Shown: piece after piece, positions 1 through 11,059 of the stretch | How the letters are laid out: each line of letters begins with the position of its first letter | Position numbering within the stretch: the stretch's first letter is position 1 | Source: Salisapilia sapeloensis CBS 127946 | Taxonomy: Eukaryota > Protista > Oomycota | NCBI GenBank assembly: GCA_023334545.1 | Contig: JAADVB010000137.1 | Location: forward strand, 1-50,145 | Direction of reading: 5' to 3' | DNA: 50,145 bases | Program-made: the position numbers and the translations under genes | The notes under the pieces: generated by a model | Seen by the model: only the letters and a program-made list of their open reading frames with translations | The model's database searches: none | What the model was told of the DNA's origin: nothing

Positions 1-2
1 TC

Positions 3-128
3 TTGGCCAACTACAGCCTCGACGAGCGCTCTGTCTTCACCTCGGCCATGATCCTGCTCGCCCTCAACCTCGCGTTTCGTGTAGTAGGCTTTGTCGGACT
101 CATGGTCGGACTCAAGAGAAGCAAGTAA
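3..128 (+). CDS. 3' end of a membrane transporter, probably ABCG (White-like); partial at window edge
   Basis: Open frame LANYSLDERSVFTSAMILLALNLAFRVVGFVGLMVGLKRSK* ending in TAA at 126-128. The terminal hydrophobic helix plus basic tail resembles ABCG C-termini. Coding-like codon usage. Confidence 0.5.
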   Translation: MANYSLDERSVFTSAMILLALNLAFRVVGFVGLMVGLKRSK

Positions 129-2227
129 CGATGACAAGTGGAAGTGTAGCATGTATCCACTGAAAATGAAGGACACTTGAAGCAGATTTGACGCGAAAGA
201 TCTAATAATTGCATGACATTTCACTGCCTAGGCTGCATTCAGCGACGAAAGTTAAAGACAGCAGTAAAACTTTATTTTTGATCGTTTAGTTCTAGTGGAA
301 ACTTCGGCGGGTGAAGCTACGAGCTTGCGCTCCTATGTACTTTCATTTAAATTGACCAAGCGATGGCAAAAAGGATCATAGTGTCAATCAAGAGCGACAA
401 TATGAGCCACTAACACGGGAAGATAGTGGGGTCGAACTTCTATGGGTGAACATACTGAATGGTTCATGAGCGGGCAAACTAGGTAGTCTTTGAACACCGT
501 AGTTACAATTCCCATTAAAGCCAGTGTTGCCCTTCCACTGTGCATATCTTGTGCATTCTACTGAGACACACAAATTTTAATCTCCATTGGAACTATGATA
601 TTTCCATGTCAAGCAAACGTGTCTACTAGGCACTTACTAGTAGACGAAATTTTTTGTCCATCCCAAGACTATCAGAGACAAAGCCGCGACACTAGCTGGC
701 TTTCAAGGCCATACACTTGACTACTTTTTAATATGGGCGCTTTGTAATCGGTTATTCTTGCCAAATTCATCCTTAAATACCGTGCGCGCCGACGCTTGCA
801 ACCGTTCGACTCGTGAGTACAAACGCAGCTCATTTGATCCGTATCTCTGTGAGGCAAGCTACGGTTTTGCAAATTTATTTCTATAGCACCGGACTACTTG
901 ATGTAAATTTCCATTAACGAATCAATGTTTGTTGTTGCAAAGGTTTAGAAATACATCAAGCTAGAAACTTAACCTACGCCAATATTTGCTAACGAATAAA
1001 TACCGTAGAAACTCCATATGTGAAGTTTCCATTGTTGTTTGTCATCGAAGAAAATATTTGTTTTTTTACTTATCTTGCCTTTTTGGATGGTGGCAACGTC
1101 ATTGCTAGCGATTCGATGACAAACTCCCCTGATCTGCCTCTTACTCAAGGTACTCTCGCTTTGCAACGAACTCTGCTTGATTTGAACGCTCCACGCATTT
1201 TCCATGAGGCAGACATCACCAAATTTCTCTATTGCATTTATTCAAGTGCATGCGCATTCGAATCAATGGCTGTTCTCTCTTTCGTACCCACCTTTACCTC
1301 ACGTTTCATGCGCTTGATGCAGATCTTGGCACTGTAGCTGTGCCCTTTCGCATTGAACACAAAGCTTTCGAGATGCCTAGATATTGATTATCCGTAGGAA
1401 AATCTTAAAAGCACAATATTAAGAGCGAATGGCATGGTGGCAGTTTAAAATCGTTTTGGTTGTCGACTACTAGTCTCGAGCTCGTGTTGTAGAGCAGACA
1501 GAGCCATCCGTGCATGAAGTAAACACATCTACCTGAGTATCTGATTAGATTACCAGATCTCATTAGTGTCAAAACGTCGGTTCAGTCCACCTAGGAAACC
1601 GTCACTATTGGAAATCAGCTGTTTTTGCAAAATTGGCTGTGGAGAGCACTCAGAGGCTTCGATGTATTGCAGCGTGGAAAGCTTATTTGTATCGCTGACT
1701 AATTATGTGCACCTCCCTAATTCTTCGCAGAGCTCTGTTGACTCTAGATATTGAATCATGTAAAAGATCACGGGCTGTCGAGTGAACCCTTTGATTGGCG
1801 TAGAGTCTATCAATCCATGTGGCTTTGCCTGCCGGTCTCCTCGAGATGCTCGTCCGTTTCTGTGCATACGATGTAATGATGGCTTTGTTACCTCACATAG
1901 AACTTCTGGTTTCACACTGATAGCTCTTCAAACTCCGCACGTCTCTTTGCCGTTAGGATTCATGCCCCTACCATCAGTAGTGCCTTTTTCTAGCTTTCGG
2001 AGAAAGGCACAGTCTCGACTGAAGGCTTACTCGACCTTTTGCACCAGGAAGGAAACCATCTATTTCCGGCATTCGTATCCCCTACGCAATATCCGGATTT
2101 GCGACTCGTGCGAAGTACCATTTGTATCTGTAAGGCAGACCGCTGGATATCGAGCTCTTTTGACAAAGCAGAATTCGCCGGGAAAGGCATTAGGACGGCG
2201 CAAACGATTCATTAAAAACTTTCGAGC

Positions 2228-3949
2228 ATGAGCAGGAACTCAGGGTTTAACTTCAGCCTTGACCCAGCAAGTGCCAAAAGCTTAAGACAAGAGTCTGACA
2301 TGGTCTATATGACCCCAATACCGGCAGCTGCAGCTTCACCATCCAACAGCGTTGACATCCTCGAGTCGTTCTCTTCGGTCCATACCAATGATGTCCTCCC
2401 CACTCCTCCTTATAGTCACAACCAGCGTCGATATGTCGCAGGAGAGGCTTTTTACAACTTTGGAACACTCGGTACGATACGAGATGGAGGTGCCGTGAAA
2501 GCTTGCTCGACAAAATACTTTGCCCTGATGATCTCGGGTGGATTTGCAGCATTCATCTATAACATGGCTCGCGAGTGCGTTCGTCTAGTTCTTGAATCTC
2601 GGGATGAAAGCTCTGCAACGCAGTTGGCAGCAAGCCGCCTCATCGATATCGCTGCTACGTTGGCGTTTTTCGTTGGCTTCCTGTCGGACTGTCATGCTTT
2701 CTTCGGTTACCATCGCAAGTCGTACCTTATTCTTGGATGGGTTATTACAGCTCTCGTGCAAATACTCGTCGTCGCTCTTTCGCATGCTCTAGATGAAGAG
2801 TTACCGTCGTGGTTCTATCTCTTTTGCGCCTGCTTAACGAGCTTTGGAACGTTATTTCCATACGTCATGTGCGAAGTCAGAGTCGTAGAACTGTCCCAAA
2901 GGGAGACGCTAGAAGGTAGAGGCACTTTACTGGCGTATTATGCGATTGCCAAAACGTTAGGCCAGTGTCTCGGTTACGCTGTCACCCGAATGGTTCTAGG
3001 TGGTGGTTTCCAGCTCGAGCGAGTGCAAGCAGCGTATATCATTCTGGCTATATCGTCCATCATCCCAGCCGTGTTTGCTTTCTTCATGCTGGATGACTTT
3101 CGGTCGTATCAAGGCGTTAGTTGGAAAACCGGATTCAACCGCTTTCAGAAAATCATGACGCAGAAAGTGGTGCGCAACATAGTCATCTTTATCTGCATAT
3201 TTGCAGTATTCGGCAGTTTAGAAGTAGATGCTCTTGGCTACGCAGTCGATGCTTGGACACCTGTGTCCCCGGACGCTTCTTTCATTGGGCACATGATCCA
3301 ATTCGCCTTTGCAATCATCTTGATAGGAGTATGGCGATGGAAACTGCAGAATGTGAGCTGGCGATTGTTGTACTCACTCGCACCGATCACTGGATCCATC
3401 CCTCTCTTATTCCTCACCGTATTTGCAGCACAGCATGTCGTACGGAACATTGGCTTCTACTTTAGCATGGTAGCGCTCACAGGAATCGCAGACGGTATCA
3501 TGGCAATCAGCTACTTGGTTCCTCTTGTAGAGATTGCCGAGATTGGATCCGAGGGCACGACTGTCGGAATTATGCTTTCATTTAAAAAGCTGCTCGAACT
3601 CGTTTCGCATACTGTTAGTGATGTGATCTTTGATCACGGCAAGTGGGGTTTTACTCGTGAAGATATTCGCCAGGATGCATCCTCGGCTGGAACGATGGTT
3701 GCAGCATTAGCCGGTGTTGTCTATGGCATTAAATTATTGGCTCTGGTAGGCTTATACTACCTCCCAGCGCAGAAGCTAGATGCTCAACAGGAGCGCATTT
3801 ATGGCGGCTTTAGTCGTGCGGGAGGCATCTTTATCCTCGTCGGTTTTGCCGTTTGCTTCACTTATGTGTTCGTCCTCAACCTACTGCTTGCATCACCATC
3901 TACTGCCTGCCTACGATTTGTTGGTGGACAAGGCTGCGATGATGACTAA
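2228..3949 (+). CDS. Folate-biopterin transporter (BT1/FBT, MFS) family protein, 573 aa
   Basis: Single ORF with ~12 hydrophobic segments. Motifs GFLSDCHAFFGYHRKSYLILGW, VVELSQRETLEGRG, EIAEIGSEGTTVG, LPAQKLDAQ and C-terminal CLRFVGGQGC match oomycete BT1 family members as recalled. Confidence 0.85.
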   Translation: MSRNSGFNFSLDPASAKSLRQESDMVYMTPIPAAAASPSNSVDILESFSSVHTNDVLPTPPYSHNQRRYVAGEAFYNFGTLGTIRDGGAVKACSTKYFALMISGGFAAFIYNMARECVRLVLESRDESSATQLAASRLIDIAATLAFFVGFLSDCHAFFGYHRKSYLILGWVITALVQILVVALSHALDEELPSWFYLFCACLTSFGTLFPYVMCEVRVVELSQRETLEGRGTLLAYYAIAKTLGQCLGYAVTRMVLGGGFQLERVQAAYIILAISSIIPAVFAFFMLDDFRSYQGVSWKTGFNRFQKIMTQKVVRNIVIFICIFAVFGSLEVDALGYAVDAWTPVSPDASFIGHMIQFAFAIILIGVWRWKLQNVSWRLLYSLAPITGSIPLLFLTVFAAQHVVRNIGFYFSMVALTGIADGIMAISYLVPLVEIAEIGSEGTTVGIMLSFKKLLELVSHTVSDVIFDHGKWGFTREDIRQDASSAGTMVAALAGVVYGIKLLALVGLYYLPAQKLDAQQERIYGGFSRAGGIFILVGFAVCFTYVFVLNLLLASPSTACLRFVGGQGCDDD

Positions 3950-5015
3950 GTATCTTATGTCACCGACTCCAAGACTGCCGTCCATTCACGCAAGACTGGA
4001 CAGATAGAAAGACAATATTAAGTTTCTGGAACGCGTATTAGCATTATCTGTAAAAAGCCTAGCATTCGTGAAGCTACTTTCATGCACTAAGGTATATTGT
4101 TTGCCTAGAATGAACTCTCATGTATAGTGTAACTTTGCTAGAGCTTACTCAAGTGAACTTCATCAAAGTCTTTGGCGAGTTATCAGAACGGTACAGCAGT
4201 CTAGAAGGGTGGGAGTAGTCAGCACTAGTTGTCAGCTCACTTTCCTTTACCGTAACCTCGTCACACTTACCGTTGTCTGCGCGTTATTCGGTCATTGGAT
4301 GTGCTCTGCGTTTTCTTTGTTCGTGCTACTTTCTGCATAGAGCGCCTTAATGAGCATCTTTAGTACACAACACAGAGGATGCTATGTACTTCTCACGAAG
4401 CTAATGATGTGCTCTATATGTGCAAAATCTATGGCTATGACAAGGATGGCAGTGAACCCAATGCTCGCATGTGTATTTGACATCTGCGTCCCTCGTTGTG
4501 GTGCAAATGCAGGTGTCTCCTCCTTATATAATTTCAACAGCGCCTGCTATGCTCTCTTCTGTGTCCACACTTGCCTCTTGTGCAATGCAGCTAGTGAAGA
4601 TATGACTTGAAAAAGCGTTTTCCAAATTAAAATGAAGGTGATTAAGTGGCAAGATCATCTAAACGCGTACTAAAGCAAGAAAGCAATCTAGAGTACATAT
4701 AAGGCGAATTTGTAATCTTTTGATGATTGGTATCGGTAATTTCGATTTTGGTGCGTGTACCGGTTTATGGATGTCCAGTCGTAACCGCTACGGGTAAAGT
4801 CATCTAGTCTGTTTGCAGAAGCACCGATTCGTTAACGATGCAAGGCATGGATGGAATCACTTTCACAGAACGTGAAAACACACTTTAAGGCATTAATTAC
4901 CAGTACAGCTGAAAACACTACCGACTAAAGCATCGTGGTAAGAGGTACTTCAAACCAAGATTTAACTTCAAGCTTGTAGTTTTGAGCTCTGCTTGACCAT
5001 ACTTCAAGTATCTCG

Positions 5016-6598
5016 CTACGCTTCTTGCTTGGACTCTGCAGTAGTCATACTCTCCTGCCGAAGACGAATCTCAGTCATTTTCAGCCACGCCAGCTGCTGA
5101 TCAAGCTCCGAGATGCTACCTCTCCAATCGGATTCGATCAGAACTTCAGGTTCTTCCTTTTCATTTCCATTATCTCCTTCGGCAGAGTCTTCAGCTGACA
5201 ATTTACTTTTAAATTGGATAATCTGGGTGGCATCACTGGACGATGTCAGCTTAGCAAAGGCGCTCAATGAATCTTCAGTCGACGGACTAAGCTGGTCTGA
5301 GTCAAATTCGTAGATTTGACCAGGGCTGGATCCTTTCCATACTAAAGCACTCGTGTCTTTTGTCAGCTGAGAGATCCTAGATGGCTCAACAGTGGTGGAT
5401 CCAGTGCCTTCCTTATCACATCATCCAGCTGAAACCTCTAGTCGAGCAACCTTATAGGAATTGACTCGGCTGACAGAGTGATCGCAAGCAGAGCAGAGGC
5501 GAATCTTCGTGGACATCAGCTTTAAATCTGTACCGGCTTCGAGTAGCTCCATTGAAATAACTCACTTCTCATAGACGAAGAAATCACACAGAATACACGG
5601 GTAAGCTTTACGCAAGGGGCCAAATTGCTTTTTGCCATTTCGACAATTCGCTTTACTTTTGTTACTACTATCGCCGATAAAGCTCATGACTCTATCCTTG
5701 TTCACGGCTTTTCTCTGAAGGAGCCGCGAAAGTTCAGTTTTGCACAATGTGCGGATGACCAAGTATCCTTCAGTGAACTAGCGAGGGTGACGACAGCTTT
5801 AGCGTCGAGAATGTTATTTCCGAATGCTTCATAATATGCTTTCGCAAATACTTTGACTGATTGATCCAAAGTGGGCTTGAAAATAACACAAGACGAAGCA
5901 TGGGGTCGTACAATACCTCGTTCATCAAGCGGTGGAGTAATCGACAAGTCGATTGAATGTCCGAGATTATACCCAATGCGCTCATTTCCACTGAGTTGCA
6001 GGACTCCAGTTGATCAAATGTAAAAACGATCTCTGTCTTTTACAATACCTCGGAGCGCTGGGCTTGGAGTACCAGCATGCCATTGGAAAGTAGTGCAGCG
6101 TTGTGGATGTTCTAGAGTTGGCTTTTCAATTATCGCAAGAATCTGGGCATTCGTCACTGGTTGTCCAGTGTAATTTGCACTTTGCAAACCTGCTGCTTCG
6201 TCGCCGTCTACGAGACCGAATAAGAGGTCGTCTATATTGGTTGCGATCGTTCCATTCTTGACATTGACACGAGGCATTTGCCATCCAGAGCTGCGGTCAT
6301 GTGAATCTTTCACCACACGCCGAGGTGGGTTTCGCTCACGGTACATGGCCACATTGTTGGATGACTTAATCGGTTTCAGTGTTCATTGTCAACTTTCCGA
6401 GGCACCGATTGATCAAATTTTTGATAGTACCCAGGTGCTTCGTGGACGAGTATCATCGCGATACACTTGCAATCAGCTTTCTTTTCTTCCGAGAGGGAAA
6501 TCCTTCGTAAACGTCTGCTGTCCACTGCGTCTTCATGGAAATGATTCTGGTATCAGGATGCTAATTTTGAAATGGCACAAAGGCGTAGTGTCAATCCT
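5016..6598 (-). pseudogene. Decayed oomycete START-like + FYVE-finger family gene
   Basis: Joining minus-strand ORF fragments gives KPIKSSNNVAMYRER..GTIATNIDDLLFG..AQILAIIEKPTLEHPQRCTTFQW..IVKDRDRFYI*STGVLQLSGNERIGYNLGHSI..SAHCAKL, then a frameshift near 5735 into LSRLLQRK..CRNGKKQFGPLRKAYPCILCDFFVYEK*..RLCSAC (degenerate FYVE), ending in TAG at 5016. In-frame TGA stops at 6533, 6473, 6413, 6389, 6383, 6014, 5562 and 5421. Confidence 0.7.
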
Positions 6599-7479
6599 TT
6601 AGATGGAGACGGTACGGAGGGAAGTGTTTCTGGCATGCTGAGTGGACCAGCCTCTGTTCCATTTGGTATGCATTGGCTCAGGTATGGCATCATCCGTCGG
6701 AAAGAAGCGAGAGCTGTGTAGTTGAACATTCAAAGATTCATGATAATCTGAAGACTAGATTTTTCCATCTCTGTTTCGACAGCGCATAAGCAAATGATGC
6801 CGAGAAGTGCAGGAAAGCCAGGGTATATCGTGTTGCAGGCAATGGACCTATGTAACTAGCAAAGGACACTATATCGAGCTGGTCAGTCGATGCATTTGTG
6901 CTTGCCAATAGCGGGCATCTTTGTAGCTTTGGAGGGAACAAGCTCGAGTCCCACTCTCGTCGTGTTACTGATATCGTAGCTCGCAGAGTAATCAGATTTG
7001 ATGCTATCTTCAATCAATTTACTTGGTTTTTGTATGGATCGAACACCGAAATGACTGAAGAATGACAAAGTAGGAGTACGAAGCGGTATCCATAGCCAGG
7101 GTTAATGCGTGTCTTCTTAGATCAAAGAGCTCCTCTCAGCGGTCCAATGGGAATGATGAATCTTAAGGAAGTCGCCTCCTGTCCCTTTGGTTTCCTGTCT
7201 CGTATATTCACTTGTGTGCTGTATACATCACCCACATGCATCAGCCACTACCGAGGAAGATAGTAGCAGTGTGCTGTCTCACGCATGGATTTCGTTGCCT
7301 TGATTTTTCCCAAGGCACTCGCGTACAATATCCAAATTATACCTGTCTTTACCTATGCCTGCACGACGCACAGTCCGTATCAATTGACAAAGACACCGGT
7401 TGAGCGGAGTGACTTACTTTTAACTTCAAATTTTGGAGTCAGCTGTCAACTAAGTCGATGATTGCGTGGCGGAATTCGA

Positions 7480-7487
7480 CTCATTTT
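7480..7487 (+). promoter_or_regulatory. Putative oomycete INR core-promoter element upstream of the acyltransferase
   Basis: CTCATTTT ~20 nt before ATG 7505; fits the YCATTYY initiator consensus. Short motif, so a chance match is possible. Confidence 0.35.
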
Positions 7488-7504
7488 CTCTACCCACCAA
7501 AACG

Positions 7505-8720
7505 ATGCAAGACGACGACTCGATCAACCGCCTCGCGGTGCATCCGAGCGTCAAGTATGAGACCGAACAACCGACGATTTGGCGTCGAATGGCCGGCTTA
7601 AGCTACGCACTGTTGATCGTCGGTGCAGCCTTCCTGGACATGGCGTACGTCCTCGTGCCTGGTAGGTTGATTGTCAAGCCTTTGGCGGGTGTCGAAGCGT
7701 ACAAGAACTTTTACGACTGGGCCGAGCGCCACTACTTTGCCATGGTCAGTGGCATGATCGAAACTTGGTTTGGGATGCAATTGGTCATTACGACCGACTC
7801 GGACGAGTTGGGCGCAGATACCTTTGCTGATACTGATCAAATCCTCCTCCTTGCCAACCACCGTTCTGAAGTCGATTGGATATTCATATGGTATGTATAT
7901 ATGCTAGACAACGACTTGAACGTAGCTTACACGTGAAACTAGGAATCTAGCCATGCGATTTGACCGTCATGACGAGTTGAGACTGATGCTGAAAGCAGCG
8001 ATTCGGCATGTACCAGGAGCAGGGTGGGCTACGATGATGCTCGACTTTTTGTATGTGGACCGAGACTGGTCGTCGGATGAAGCCCGTCTTCGAAAGCAAC
8101 TGCGATCGTTCAAACAGACCAAGAAAGGCACGTGGGTCGGCATGTTTCCTGAAGGAACAGCATTGTACGACCGGACGTTAACGAAGAGTGAAGAGTTTGC
8201 TAAAAAGAATGGCGAAGCTTCCTACTCGTACGTTCTCCACCCTCGCGTTAAAGGTTTCCAGCTGTGTGTGCAAGAGCAGGATCCAGACTACATTCTCGAC
8301 ATGACTGTTGGGTACCCGGAACTATCTGAAGGCGTACGACCGTCTCCCATTCGCTTCTTGAAAGGGCTCGTTCCAAAGGAAGTTCATATCCACCTTAGCA
8401 AGTACCACCGATGTGAGTTCCCGAGTGAAATAGAAGAAGCAGGGGAGTGGATGAAACGAAAGTGGGCGGAGAAGGAGAAGCTGTTGCATCGATTCTATCA
8501 GACGAACTCCTTTAAAGACCAGCGTCCGGTCTGCCAAGACGTGACGATTGCACACAAAGTCCGAATGGGCATCTTTGTCCATATTGTCGAGCTTGTACTT
8601 GCTGCTGGACTCACGTACTACTTCCCATGGGCTGCGACGGCTTGGTGGAGTTTCTGTACGATTTTTGCGGTGCATTTAACGCGCACGTTTGGCCAAGTGC
8701 CAACGTCCGTATCAACATGA
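7505..8720 (+). CDS. Lysophospholipid/1-acylglycerol-3-phosphate acyltransferase (PlsC domain, LCLAT1/LPAAT-like), ~387 aa
   Basis: Exons 7505-7890 and 7943-8720 (GT-AG intron 7891-7942, 52 nt, restores DWIFIW-NLAMRF). Acyltransferase motifs NHRSEVDW and FPEGT, plus VLHPRVKGF. Confidence 0.9.
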
Positions 8721-8885
8721 TCATTTCTATTTGCCTCTTCTACTCCTGTCATGTTGTATTGCCTCGTGATGATCCATCTAGCTTCCATCTCGTTAAAAAG
8801 GATAAATAAAAGCATCCAAAGGAGTACAAAAAGACCAAGAACGAGCTACTTCAAGAAAAACGTACTGTCATTTACTTTATGAATC

Positions 8886-10067
8886 CTACGCATCAAACTC
8901 ACCATCGTTCAGGAGCCTCGAAAGAGCATTCTTCTTGGCTGCACGCTTGGCTTTCCGAGCAGCTTGTGCTTTTTCACGAGCTGCTTTCGCTTTCTCTCGA
9001 TCCGCACGTTGTGTCTCGTCATCGGACAAGTCGTCGAATGCACTTCCCAAGTCCATCTTTTCCTGCTTCATGTACACTGCTTGCTTCCTCTTCTTTTGCT
9101 GCGGCGGAGATTCGTTCTCAGCAGAACTGGTATCGTTAGATGGCTGCTCAGGCTCTTTTATCCCTTCCATGTTACTTGTGGCGACTTCTTCCAGAGACTC
9201 GGATGCCGTGTTGGTAGTTGGGCGCTTTTGAACTGCAGCTTTCATCGCCGCATACGTGTCGCTATCACTACCGTCACTATCGCTTTCGTCATGTGTCTGA
9301 ACGGGAACCTCCATGTCTTCCTGTCGCTTTCTCTTCTTACTATCTGAAGATGCAGCCTTGTCTTCGCTGGCATTAGCAGGCTTTTGCTGCGCAGTGACAG
9401 CGCTCTGCGGCTGCTTCTCATGCAAAAACATGCATTTTGGACCGCGATGGCAACGTCCTCTTTGATACGCAAAGCAGTATCGCTTTGGTTTTTCTTCTCC
9501 TTCGGTCTGAGCGCTAACAGGCTTTGCGACTTCGGATTCCGTGTCCTCTGTGTTCGGATGATGGAAGTTACACTTGTCACCACGTCTGCATGACCCTTTC
9601 TGTACAAACTCAAAGCAAGAACCAAAGTCACCTGCCTTTGTCTCATGAGAGTACGGACAAGCATCTCCCTTGGTGCATTTGCCCTTGCGCAAGAGCCAGC
9701 AAGGCTTTGGCTGGTCCGTATTCGCTTCGTCATTCTTGGCTTGTGACTTCACCTCCTTGGCTTTCATCTCGCCAGCTCGTTGTGACTGATGCTTGTCTTT
9801 CGACACAAGCGCCCTGACGTTTAGGATGCGTCCATTGTCCAGCTTCTTCTGGTGCATACCTTTGATCGCCTCTTGCATGGCAGACGCAGCGGCGAATGTG
9901 ACAAAGCCAAATCCACGGGACTCTTTCGTGTTTTTATCCAGCACTACTTTGGCATCAGCGATTGTACCGTAGCTCGAGAAGAGTTCGGAAAGCCCTTCGT
10001 CGTCCATGTCTTTCGGAATACCGACGACAATGACTTTTTGGTTATCATTCGATCTCATTTTCCCCAT
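8886..10067 (-). CDS. RNA-binding protein: one RRM plus three CCCH zinc fingers, 393 aa
   Basis: RNP1 SRGFGFVTF. CCCH fingers CWLLRKGKCTKGDACPYSH, CFEFVQKGSCRRGDKCNFHH and CFAYQRGRCHRGPKCMFLH. Basic NLS-like KKRK runs in the charged C-terminus. Confidence 0.9.
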   Translation of the reverse strand: MGKMRSNDNQKVIVVGIPKDMDDEGLSELFSSYGTIADAKVVLDKNTKESRGFGFVTFAAASAMQEAIKGMHQKKLDNGRILNVRALVSKDKHQSQRAGEMKAKEVKSQAKNDEANTDQPKPCWLLRKGKCTKGDACPYSHETKAGDFGSCFEFVQKGSCRRGDKCNFHHPNTEDTESEVAKPVSAQTEGEEKPKRYCFAYQRGRCHRGPKCMFLHEKQPQSAVTAQQKPANASEDKAASSDSKKRKRQEDMEVPVQTHDESDSDGSDSDTYAAMKAAVQKRPTTNTASESLEEVATSNMEGIKEPEQPSNDTSSAENESPPQQKKRKQAVYMKQEKMDLGSAFDDLSDDETQRADREKAKAAREKAQAARKAKRAAKKNALSRLLNDGEFDA

Positions 10068-10995
10068 GGTTCTTTTGTGATGATCCAGGTAGTCCTTAAG
10101 GTAGTTGTCTTCAGGGGCCTACGGAGTCGTGTTGTCCGTGATAGAGCTTCAGATGGACGAGTGTGCTCTGAAGTGTCCTTGAAGTCGATATGTTTTGCGT
10201 GACAACCAACGAAATGGCTCTGATATGCTTGCGTGATCTGTCTTCAAAGACATAGTAAATCTAGTTTTGATTACGCGATCTGTGGTGTTGAAATCTTGTA
10301 CAGTCGTATCCAGTACTTTGCCACATTTGATCTCTCGAAGCTATGGATCTATTCTAGCTATATGTCTATCTTTAAACTATCTGTGCACATTAGAGTTAGC
10401 GTTGTGCAAACTGATGACTTGGAACACGGAGGATGAAAACGGCACCAGTCGACAACCTATCATCATGTAAGGAACAGTTTTTACATTCGCATGCAACAAA
10501 GCACTTCAACAAGTAGATTTAAAGCATCTTGACGAAATAGGTGTAAGTATGCACATTTAAGTGTTTAAATTGCTATCAATGTTTTGCTATGTATCTATGG
10601 AAGATGATGTGGTATACCTTCAATAAGTTGAATGTAAGCCTGATACTTTTCTATGTGTGTGTCTTGCTCCTACACCTTCCTCGCCTTCTCTACATATAGA
10701 CTATGCAACACGGCAGCATTGATTGGTGGGCATTGAAGATTAAGCCCTAGTGGATGACTTCGATTTTCCTTATCAGATAAATTATATTATATCAAAAGCT
10801 ATATTCCCATGAGCATCGTCGACTTCAACAATAGAAGCCTTGCCGGAAGACAAGCTGTGAAATCAAAAGGCTGCTTAGTATCCTGGAACTTGAAGTCGAG
10901 GCCTCATTCGCGCAGAATATAGACAATGGAACTTCATAGCGCTTGAAGTTCTACTTGAAGCTTTCCAACCGAGCCTTCATATCGAGCTCTCGAGC

Positions 10996-11014
10996 TCTCA
11001 TTCTTAAATTTGAC
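10996..11014 (+). promoter_or_regulatory. Oomycete INR+FPR core promoter of the ADH gene
   Basis: TCTCATTCTTAAATTTGAC matches the INR (YCATTYY) followed by the flanking promoter region (MWTTTNC-like), ~45-65 nt before ATG 11060. Supports 11060 rather than the track start at 10943. Confidence 0.55.
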
Positions 11015-11059
11015 GAGGACCTCCAACAACAACTACCAGTCTACCTTCAAGCAAACGTT

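Noticed and set aside
129-2227. Possible gene or transposon in the 2.1-kb gap after the first partial CDS (ORFs 969-1205, 1020-1337, 1782-2231)
   Set aside because: No domain motifs, terminal repeats or target-site duplications seen; treated as intergenic.
6413-6535. Exact 60-nt spacing of three TGA codons
   Set aside because: Flanking sequences are unrelated, so there is no underlying repeat; most likely coincidence.
5525-6598. Alternative genetic code (TGA=Trp) or selenocysteine recoding in the TGA-only frame
   Set aside because: The frame also needs a frameshift, has lost other FYVE cysteines, and neighbouring genes terminate at TGA; pseudogene decay explains it more simply.
10943-11059. 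Track N-terminal extension of ADH (and similarly 23743, 27149, 37982 and 44421 starts)
   Set aside because: These start at TTG/GTG or upstream of INR motifs or signal/transit peptides; downstream ATGs or spliced exons give better N-termini.
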